From Candidatus Altiarchaeales archaeon IMC4 (GTDB lineage: Archaea > Altiarchaeota > Altiarchaeia > IMC4), in contig MCBF01000001.1 of the NCBI GenBank assembly GCA_001742785.1, forward strand, positions 306,966 through 322,034: a DNA stretch of 15,069 nt, given 5' to 3'. Below the pieces are notes generated by a model. It saw only the letters and a program-made list of their open reading frames with translations. It made no database searches and was not told where the DNA came from. Position numbers and translations under genes: made by a program. Below are positions 1-6,407 of this stretch, one piece after another (position 1 is the first letter of the stretch; each line of letters begins with the position of its first letter).

Positions 1-425
1 CGCTTATCAATCCATTCTTTAGAATAGCCCTTCTGTTTGTAAATCTGTTTCATGCGTTCCTGCGCAAGTTCCGGGTTCTCTATCTCCTGTATTCGCTCGT
101 AGCCGACTTTCGCAAGCCATCTTTTGAACGGCTCGGCCTTCTTTGAGGGAATAGACTGGATAACCCTAAACATGGATTCTGTATTTGCACAATCTGTAAA
201 TCTCATTTTACCATCAGGAGCAGGCAATTTCAAGTGTACCCAAATTGGGGACACTTCAAGTTTTTTGAATTCCCTATCTTTGACTTTGCCCCAGTATTGT
301 CTTGGAGTAGGGCTGTCTGTCAAAACCTGCACTATATCAACTACTGAAAAATACCACTGCCCGTTATGCCAGGTTCTCCTGATATTCCTTCCCTGAAACA
401 CAACTAATGCGTTGTCCCAGTTCAC
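1..425 (-). CDS. Bro-N domain (BRO family / phage antirepressor-like) DNA-binding protein, truncated by the window edge
   Basis: Not in the ORF track. Manual translation from GTG at 425 (GTGA overlap with the antiporter stop at 422-424) gives MNWDNALVVFQGRNIRRTWHNGQWYFSVVDIVQVLTDSPTPRQYWGKVKDRE...DGKMRFTDCANTESMFRVIQSIPSKKAEPFKRWLAKVGYERIQEIENPELAQER..., open to position 1. WYFSVVDI, TDCAN and IQSIPSxKAEPFKRWLAKVGYERIQEIENPE are typical of this Bro-N family. Confidence 0.88.
   Translation of the reverse strand, partial: MNWDNALVVFQGRNIRRTWHNGQWYFSVVDIVQVLTDSPTPRQYWGKVKDREFKKLEVSPIWVHLKLPAPDGKMRFTDCANTESMFRVIQSIPSKKAEPFKRWLAKVGYERIQEIENPELAQERMKQIYKQKGYSKEWIDK
229..259. repeat. Intragenic palindrome in the Bro-N gene
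   Basis: tt-c-aagtgtacccaa-a-ttggggacactt-c-aa. The 12-bp arms (232-243 / 245-256) have one mismatch around a 1-nt centre and extend to 229-259. Encodes LEVSPIWVHLK on the minus strand. Confidence 0.85.
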
Positions 426-1945
426 CTTATCCCACCCCCGATGCCCTCAACCGTAAGTTTCGCTAACTCGTAAAATGCGTAGGGATAAAAGAATAATATC
501 ATCGTAACAATTGCCGTTATCAAAAGCGGCACCAGAACCATAAGCGGGGCCTCCTGCCTATCGCCGCTTTCTCCATCCGGCAGTTCCTTGAAAAATGCCC
601 GGTAGACTATCGGGAAAAAGCAGATTATATCAAGGAGCGCGCTCGCAAGAAGGACGCATAAAAGCCCGATGCCCATCATGGCAAAGGGTTCGCCTGTGGC
701 AGGGTCAGCCCATACCGCACCGGTTGCCATGTAAACCTTGCTTATGAGCCCAAGGGCGGGCGGCGCCCCGGCAATACCGAGTGTGCCGATAAAGAAGGCA
801 AGCATAGTGAATGGCATCTTTTTCCCGATACCCGAAAGCTGGCTGATTGCTTTTTTGCCCGTGGCGACGAAGATTGCCCCTGCGCAGAAAAAGAGCGTTA
901 TCTTTGCGAAAGAGTGGCTTGCTATATGAAGCACCCCGCCGAGCATCCCGTTGTATGTAAGCATCGCGGCGCCCAGCATCATAATTGACAACTGGTTTAC
1001 CGTTGAATATGCAATTCTTGCCTTCAGGTTGTCGCGTGTTAGTGCAAATATGATAGATACCAAAATCGTAATCGAGACCAAAACGCCGAGTATCAGGTCA
1101 AGCCCTAAAAATTGCATTTGTTCCGGGCCATAAATGTGAAATACCGTTCTCAAAACACAAAATACACCTGCAACAACGACCGCCACTGCGTGAAGCAGCG
1201 CGCTGACCGGGGTCGGGGCGACCATCGCGGATGGAAGCCATGAGTGAAACGGCATTATGCCTGCCTTTGCGTAGCCGGCGACCAAAAGCAAAAATATGAC
1301 AGTCTGCATAAGCGGCGACGCGCTGCTTTCCGCCATTATTCCGCTTGCCTCGGTGAAATCGAGTGTCCCAGCCGTTACGTAAATGAGGATAATGGCTACC
1401 ATCTGGAACGCGATGGACGTCCCGACAAGGTAGATCAGGTACTTCGTCCCGTTTCGCATGGATTCCCGGTTCCCCTCATGGATAACCAATGGGTATGTAA
1501 TCAGGCTCAAAATTTCGTAGAAAACGAACATCGTCAGGAGGTTCGCCGAGAAAGCTATCCCGAGTGCCGCAAAAAGCGATATCGCGAAGCAGAAGAAAAA
1601 GCGCGTCTGGGCATGCTCCTTAAGGGCGCGCATGTAGCCCACCGCGTAAACCGTCGTTATTATCCATAGGAAGGATGCCAAAAGCGCGAAGAAAAGACCG
1701 AATGCATCGACCTTGAACTTTATTTCAAGCCCTGAATCTGGGATTAATTCGAAAAATGTGTGGACAATTTGCCCCCCGCTAAGCACAATGGGCACCATCG
1801 ACAACACTATGGCAAATTTTGCAACCGAAGCAGCCAAACTTATCCCATCGCGGACATTCGGCCTCTTGCCGAAGAACAAAAGCAGGAAGCCCCCTATAAG
1901 AGATGCAAGCATTGCATATATCGGCATCATCGAAGTTATCTCCAT
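422..1945 (-). CDS. Proton-translocating antiporter-like subunit (MrpD/NuoL-M-N superfamily) of the complex I-like enzyme
   Basis: Highly hydrophobic, about 507 aa, with motifs FYEILSLITYPL, AKAGIMPFHSWLPSAMVAPTPVSALLHA, LKARIAYSTVNQLS and HSFAKITLFFCAG. Start moved from 2011 to ATG 1945, which follows the SD-like AGGAGGTGG and lies 1 nt after the nuoK stop. Confidence 0.9.
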   Translation of the reverse strand: MEITSMMPIYAMLASLIGGFLLLFFGKRPNVRDGISLAASVAKFAIVLSMVPIVLSGGQIVHTFFELIPDSGLEIKFKVDAFGLFFALLASFLWIITTVYAVGYMRALKEHAQTRFFFCFAISLFAALGIAFSANLLTMFVFYEILSLITYPLVIHEGNRESMRNGTKYLIYLVGTSIAFQMVAIILIYVTAGTLDFTEASGIMAESSASPLMQTVIFLLLVAGYAKAGIMPFHSWLPSAMVAPTPVSALLHAVAVVVAGVFCVLRTVFHIYGPEQMQFLGLDLILGVLVSITILVSIIFALTRDNLKARIAYSTVNQLSIMMLGAAMLTYNGMLGGVLHIASHSFAKITLFFCAGAIFVATGKKAISQLSGIGKKMPFTMLAFFIGTLGIAGAPPALGLISKVYMATGAVWADPATGEPFAMMGIGLLCVLLASALLDIICFFPIVYRAFFKELPDGESGDRQEAPLMVLVPLLITAIVTMILFFYPYAFYELAKLTVEGIGGGIR

Positions 1946-1946
1946 T

Positions 1947-2246
1947 TTACCACCTCCTGAGACTGTCGATGTCTCTAATGTTTGTTGTTTTGTGAGTCCT
2001 GAAAAGCGCAAGGAATATCGCTAATCCTACGGCAACCTCTGCCGCACCGACCGCGATTATGAAAAGTGTGAAAACCTGCCCGCTTATATCTGCGGTGTAT
2101 GCTGAAAACGCAACGAAGTTAATGGTAACTGCGTTGAACATAATCTCAAGGCACATGAGGATTCGGATTATGTTTTTACAGGTGAAAACTCCGTAAATCC
2201 CTACTGCGAAAAGCAATGCCGCCAATGTTATGTAGTGTTCTATCAT
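1947..2246 (-). CDS. nuoK: NADH-quinone oxidoreductase-like subunit K
   Basis: 99 aa with three TM helices and the motifs LMCLEIMFNA, GQVFTLFIIAVGAAEVAVGLAI. ATGA overlap with the upstream YhcG stop. Confidence 0.95.
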   Translation of the reverse strand: MIEHYITLAALLFAVGIYGVFTCKNIIRILMCLEIMFNAVTINFVAFSAYTADISGQVFTLFIIAVGAAEVAVGLAIFLALFRTHKTTNIRDIDSLRRW

Positions 2247-3256
2247 TTTTCCAATAACCCCCCCAACCCATCTTCCAATTCCTTTTTATCAGGGAGGTAA
2301 AGTTTGTATTTTGAAACAAATAATTTATTCGATATTCCACCTAACGCATATTTCACTTCTATTTCGTCTTTTTTTGCAGACAATATTATCCCCACAGGTT
2401 CATTATCCTCCTGCGAACTTTCCTCTGATTTAAAATAGTTAAGGTACATATTCATTTGACCTATATCAACATGGCTGGCTTTTCCTATCTTTAAGTCAAT
2501 AAGCACAAAGCACTTCAAGATTCTGTGATAAAATACCAAATCCACATAAAAATGTTTATTTCCAAGAGTTATCCTGAATTGTCTTCCAACAAAAGTAAAG
2601 CCCTTACCAAGTTCCAGCAAAAACATCTGCAAATTATCTATTATTTTCTGCTCTAATTCTTTTTCAGAATATCTGTAATCTTCGGGTATACTGAGGAACT
2701 CTAAGATGTAAGGTTCTTTTACTGCATCCTCAATCTTTTCTAAAATATGGCCTTTTTTAGATAATTCCAAAACACCCTCTTTATCCTTACTTAATGCAAT
2801 CCTGTGAAACAAAGCCGAATTTATCTGCCTTTTTAATTCTCTGATTGACCAATTTTCCTTCTCGCATTGTTTTTCATAGAATGAGCGCTCTAAATTATCA
2901 TCAATGATCAAAAGTTCAACATAATGGCTCCATGTCAATTTGCCAGACAGTGTCTGGCATTTTGGGTATTTCAAGTACAGCAAACGCATATATTGTAAAT
3001 TGCTCCTGCTGAAACCCTTTCCATGCCTGCTTTTTAAATCCTTTGATAATTCCACAAGCATTGTAGAACCATACTCTGCACGCACATTTCCCATTTGTTC
3101 AAACTCGACAATCTGCTTGCCAATCCCCCAGTATGTTTTAACGAGAATCGTATTAACTGCATAAAACGCTTGTTTTCTACCATCTTCTAATGTTTTACCG
3201 ATCTTATCAATAAGTTCGTGATAGTTTTTACTAATTATCAAAGGTTCGTCTTTCAC
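2243..3256 (-). CDS. yhcG: YhcG/DUF1016 family protein (N-terminal DUF1016 domain plus PD-(D/E)XK nuclease-like domain), copy A
   Basis: Motifs YWGIGKQIVEFEQ, GKGFSRSNLQYMR, LTWSHY, WSIRELKRQI, FLLELGKGFTFVGRQ, VDLVFYHRILKCFVLIDLK and GQMNMY. GTG start overlaps the J2 stop (GTGA) after SD GGAGGTG. Visibly more AT-rich than the flanking nuo genes. Confidence 0.93.
   Translation of the reverse strand: MKDEPLIISKNYHELIDKIGKTLEDGRKQAFYAVNTILVKTYWGIGKQIVEFEQMGNVRAEYGSTMLVELSKDLKSRHGKGFSRSNLQYMRLLYLKYPKCQTLSGKLTWSHYVELLIIDDNLERSFYEKQCEKENWSIRELKRQINSALFHRIALSKDKEGVLELSKKGHILEKIEDAVKEPYILEFLSIPEDYRYSEKELEQKIIDNLQMFLLELGKGFTFVGRQFRITLGNKHFYVDLVFYHRILKCFVLIDLKIGKASHVDIGQMNMYLNYFKSEESSQEDNEPVGIILSAKKDEIEVKYALGGISNKLFVSKYKLYLPDKKELEDGLGGLLEK
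2936..2964. repeat. Intragenic palindrome in YhcG copy A
   Basis: caa-tt-tgccagaca-g-tgtctggca-tt-ttg. Perfect 9-bp arms (2941-2949 / 2951-2959) around a 1-nt centre. Encodes KCQTLSGKL. Confidence 0.9.
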
Positions 3257-3489
3257 TCCGGCACCTCCTTTTTCGCCACCACTATCGCGCCGACAAGTGC
3301 CGCCGTCAAAAGCAGCGCCAATAATTCAAACGGCAGGAGGAAATCCGTGAATATGGCGGAAAATTCATCGGTCTTTGTTTCATGGGCATCGCCTGCCATC
3401 TCAATCTGCATCGTCGCCAAAACAATCACAGCGACGAACGCCAGAACCAGCCCGAACACCAAGACCCCATATATATTATTCCTTGTCAT
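3253..3489 (-). CDS. nuoJ: NuoJ C-terminal half (FpoJ2/NuoJ2-like)
   Basis: 78 aa. IFTDFLLPFELLALLLTAALVGAIVVAKKE matches the NuoJ C-terminal motif (..PFE.....LL.A.VGAI). Confidence 0.88.
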   Translation of the reverse strand: MTRNNIYGVLVFGLVLAFVAVIVLATMQIEMAGDAHETKTDEFSAIFTDFLLPFELLALLLTAALVGAIVVAKKEVPE

Positions 3490-3490
3490 T

Positions 3491-4087
3491 TTACAATTTC
3501 ATCGCATTTAGTTTCTTCTCGATTTCCCTTTCACCAGGCAGTTTCGTTTTGTATTCCGCTACGAAGATTTTGTTGCTTATGCCGCCAATGGCGTAATGCA
3601 CCTCCTCTTTTTTGTACGCATTGCTTTTGATTTGACTTCTGAGTTCTCTGACACTACAAGCATTTTGCACAAGTTTGGTTTCATAGAACTCCCTCTCTTT
3701 ACCATCGCTTAGGGTAATTAATTCTACATAATGAGACCAACTTAATTTTGCAGACACTGTCTGCAAAATCGGATACATCTTATAAAACAACAGTGCGTTA
3801 TATATATTTCTCCAGGCAATGTTTAGGTCCTTCGCCAGTCGTTTTAGTAATTTCTCTCCGTAATCTGGTTTATCTCTATATTCTAACTCCCCCCTCGCAA
3901 TTCGCTCACCGATATGCCAATATGTTTGAACCCTCAGATTGTCTATCGCCTTATATGCAGGGTATTTCGCTTTTTCTAAGATGCTGTGGACATCGTGTAG
4001 GATTTCATTGTAACCGTTTAGTTCTTTTCCTGCTTCTAACAAGGATGCAGGCTTTTTTGTCGTCATGTTTTGGTTTTTGATTTTCAA
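3491..4087 (-). CDS. yhcG: YhcG/DUF1016 family protein, copy B. In-frame internal deletion removes the nuclease core; possible pseudogene
   Basis: N-domain is intact (YWHIGERI, YPILQTVSAKLSWSHY, REFYE, SVRELRSQI) and joins directly to the C-terminal tail [24 protein letters not shown]. The start is either TTG 4087 (TTGA overlap with the J1 stop) or ATG 4066 (MTTKK, matching copy C). Confidence 0.85.
   Translation of the reverse strand: MKIKNQNMTTKKPASLLEAGKELNGYNEILHDVHSILEKAKYPAYKAIDNLRVQTYWHIGERIARGELEYRDKPDYGEKLLKRLAKDLNIAWRNIYNALLFYKMYPILQTVSAKLSWSHYVELITLSDGKEREFYETKLVQNACSVRELRSQIKSNAYKKEEVHYAIGGISNKIFVAEYKTKLPGEREIEKKLNAMKL
3745..3769. repeat. Intragenic palindrome in YhcG copy B
   Basis: attttgcagaca-c-tgtctgcaaaat. 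Perfect 12-bp arms around a 1-nt centre. Encodes ILQTVSAK. Confidence 0.92.
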
Positions 4088-4329
4088 TCGTCATCCCTCC
4101 GCGTGAGCATCACCGCAAATATTATCATAATCATCACACCCCCGACGTAAACCAGAATTTGGGTTGCCGCCAGAAACGGCGACCCGAGCATTATGTAGAG
4201 TGCTGATATTGTAAGGAAGAATCCTGCCAAAAACAATGCCGCATGAAGTATTCTCCCTGTGAAGACTACCCCCAGTGCCATCGCAACCGCAACTGCCGCG
4301 ACCGTTAAAAATGCCGGTGTTTCGAACAT
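4084..4329 (-). CDS. nuoJ: NuoJ N-terminal half (FpoJ1/NuoJ1-like)
   Basis: 81 aa with three TM helices and the motifs ILHAALFL and FLAATQILVYVGGVMIMIIFAVML. Confidence 0.92.
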   Translation of the reverse strand: MFETPAFLTVAAVAVAMALGVVFTGRILHAALFLAGFFLTISALYIMLGSPFLAATQILVYVGGVMIMIIFAVMLTRRDDD

Positions 4330-4330
4330 A

Positions 4331-4726
4331 TTAGATTATCGCCTGCTCTATCTCGTTTATCAGGTCGGTGATGGAGAAAACACCTCGCGGCCTTTTCTTT
4401 TCGTCCACCACGAACAGCCGGGAGATGTGCTTCTGCGCCATGATGCCCGCCGCTTCTTTGACGGACATCTGGGGGCTTACGAACACCACGTCAGGGGTCA
4501 TTATCTCTTGCACTTTTATTTTGTTGAAATCCCTGCCCAGCGCCTTTACTATGTCAATTTCCGATATGACCCCAACGGCCTCCCCTGTTTTTGACGTAAC
4601 GACCACGCCGTGAACGCGGCCTTCCGCCAACACCCTTACAACGTCGGCTACAGTGTCATCCAACGGCACGGATACTGTGCCGTGGGTCATCAGTTCGCTC
4701 ACCTTTTTTTCTTCAATCATTTTCAT
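4331..4726 (-). CDS. CBS domain pair protein
   Basis: Two CBS repeats (VSELMT...VGVISEIDI; VQEIMTPDV...MAQKHISRLFVVDE...GVFSITDL). ATGA overlap with the nuoI stop. Confidence 0.92.
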   Translation of the reverse strand: MKMIEEKKVSELMTHGTVSVPLDDTVADVVRVLAEGRVHGVVVTSKTGEAVGVISEIDIVKALGRDFNKIKVQEIMTPDVVFVSPQMSVKEAAGIMAQKHISRLFVVDEKKRPRGVFSITDLINEIEQAII

Positions 4727-5103
4727 TTTTCTCCACCCATCATTTTTGTCAGCCCCCTTTTTTCATATTCGGAAAGCTCGAATTCCGGTGTCATATCTAT
4801 CGCCTGTTTCGGGCAAACCCTTGCGCAAATCCCGCACCAGATGCACTTCCCGATATCTATTGAGTAGTTATAGTCCTTAAGGCTGCGTGTCTTCTCGCAC
4901 CCCTGCTTAAGCTCGATGCCTATGCACCTGTTCGGACAGTTCATCTCGCACAAGCGGCACATTATGCATTTTTCGCCGTCAACCTTGTGCATGCCACGGT
5001 AATTCGGCGACTGCCTCTTCTCGTGCGGGTACTGCTCCGTAACGTTTTTCCGAAACAGGGCGTACCTTATCGTGAGCCACATGCCCTTGATTATTCCCTT
5101 CAT
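4723..5103 (-). CDS. nuoI: NuoI-like 2x[4Fe-4S] subunit
   Basis: Motifs VTEQYP.EK, YRGMH, CIMCRLCEMNCP, IDIGKCIWCGICARVCP and FELSEY. Confidence 0.95.
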   Translation of the reverse strand: MKGIIKGMWLTIRYALFRKNVTEQYPHEKRQSPNYRGMHKVDGEKCIMCRLCEMNCPNRCIGIELKQGCEKTRSLKDYNYSIDIGKCIWCGICARVCPKQAIDMTPEFELSEYEKRGLTKMMGGEK

Positions 5104-5324
5104 CTTCCAAACTGAAGTGGGGCATTGCCCCCCTTCAGTTTTAGGTTCCGCGTCCGCCCATCAGTGGACGGGACCTGCGTTTGCGAATTTTCGCAAACGG
5201 TGTCCCGAAACTGCCTCGCAGTTCCGAGGACACCGATTCCCTGTTGGGAATCGCCTGTAATCCTGATTCCCCCCAAGTGGGGTTTTTGACCCCACACCCA
5301 CATTTTGTTAGTTGATTTCATCAT
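5100..5324 (-). other. 74-codon ORF of unknown status that spans a stack of hairpins between nuoH and nuoI
   Basis: ATG directly follows the nuoH TAG, and its TGA overlaps the nuoI ATG (ATGA). No recognisable protein family. Most of the sequence is inverted repeats. Confidence 0.4.
5109..5295. repeat. Array of six adjacent, mutually dissimilar inverted repeats/hairpins
   Basis: H1 5109-5141 aaactgaag-t-ggggca-t-tgcccc-c-cttcagttt. H2 5143-5176 aggttccgcgtcc...ggacgggacct. H3 5178-5199 cgtttgcgaa-tt-ttcgcaaacg. H4 5198-5235 cggtgtcc..aactgc-ctc-gcagtt..ggacaccg. H5 5234-5253 cgattccc-tgtt-gggaatcg. H6 5277-5295 gtggggt-ttttg-accccac. Confidence 0.9.
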
Positions 5325-6407
5325 CTACAGCATCAAGATCGAACTCGTTATTAATAGATTAAGGAGTGCTAAAGGAAGCATGACCTTCCAGCCAACGGCG
5401 AGCATCTGGTCGATCCTCACCCTCGGAAGCGTTCCGCGCATCCATATTATCACATATATTATGACAAAGCATTTTATGAAGAACCACATAACCCCAGGAA
5501 GCACGGGGCCAGCCCAGCCGCCGAGAAACAATATAGTTATCAGCGCCGCCGCTATGAACAATTCCGCATAAGCCGCAAGGTAGAAAAACGCAAACCTCAT
5601 CCCGCTGTACTCGACAATGACACCTGACACCAGTTCGTTCTCCGCCTCGTCAACGTCGAACGGGATTCTGTGGATCTCAGCAAGGGCTGCCATGAAGAAC
5701 ACGATGAAGCCGATCGGCATGAGAAAGATAAACCACAAGCCGCTTTGTGCCTTTACAATCTCGGATAGGTTCATGGAACCTGCCGCCAAAACCACCGCCA
5801 GTGCAGCGAGAACGAACGGTATCTCGTACGATATCCCCTGCGCAACTGACCTCAGCATCGCAAGCGTGGTGAATTTGTTTCTGGAAGACCAGCCGGCCAT
5901 AACTGCCCCAAGGGTCGGGATTACCGCAAGCGCTAAAATCGCAAGTATCCCGATGTCAAGGTCGGCGGCAACGAGCAGGTTTTTATTCAAAGAGGCGATA
6001 TCAAGCGGGATAAAGCCGAGGGGGATAAGCCCCATTATGACAAAAACCGGCACGAAGACCACAAGCGGCGCAAGGTAGTAAGGTAGTTTATCCCTGTTTT
6101 TAGGCATTATATCCTCCTTCTGCAGGAGTTTAATCCCATCGGCAACCGGTTGGAGTATCCCATGAAAGCGCCTGCCGCCGGTCTCCATCGGCCCAAGGCG
6201 CACCTGAATGTCGGAAAGTATCTTTCGCTCAAGGTAGGTTGTAACAAGCACAAGGGCCGCGACAAAACCAAAGAGGATTAGCGCCGCAATCGCATAAAGT
6301 GTAAGCGGGATAATGAATGAAAGCCCCAGCCCCGAAAGAAAGCCCTCTATCGTGTCGTAAATCCCGGCCCAGTTCATCAAATCAACCATAAGGTTATGCA
6401 GGCTCAT
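5325..6407 (-). CDS. nuoH: NADH-quinone oxidoreductase-like subunit H
   Basis: Motifs YLERKI..IQVRLGP, GILQPVADGIKLLQKE, RSVAQGISYEIP, AEIHRIPFDVDEAENELVSG, EYSGMRFA and RGTLPRVRIDQ. Confidence 0.96.
   Translation of the reverse strand: MSLHNLMVDLMNWAGIYDTIEGFLSGLGLSFIIPLTLYAIAALILFGFVAALVLVTTYLERKILSDIQVRLGPMETGGRRFHGILQPVADGIKLLQKEDIMPKNRDKLPYYLAPLVVFVPVFVIMGLIPLGFIPLDIASLNKNLLVAADLDIGILAILALAVIPTLGAVMAGWSSRNKFTTLAMLRSVAQGISYEIPFVLAALAVVLAAGSMNLSEIVKAQSGLWFIFLMPIGFIVFFMAALAEIHRIPFDVDEAENELVSGVIVEYSGMRFAFFYLAAYAELFIAAALITILFLGGWAGPVLPGVMWFFIKCFVIIYVIIWMRGTLPRVRIDQMLAVGWKVMLPLALLNLLITSSILML

Noticed and set aside
124..396. Plus-strand 90-aa ORF
   Set aside because: Antisense shadow of the Bro-N gene on the minus strand.
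3253..4329. nuoJ apparently broken in two by a YhcG insertion
   Set aside because: Split J1/J2 genes are the established arrangement in archaeal Fpo/Nuo-like operons. Both halves have their own start, stop and intact motifs, so the insert lies between genes.
5109..5295. Hairpin cluster as tRNA, RNase P/SRP RNA, hammerhead ribozyme, CRISPR array or intrinsic terminator
   Set aside because: No cloverleaf, no repeated unit, and the minus-strand CTGATGG does not match the hammerhead CUGANGA core. I recognised no RNase P or SRP consensus. On the transcribed strand no long U-tract follows the hairpins. Kept only as an unexplained structure.
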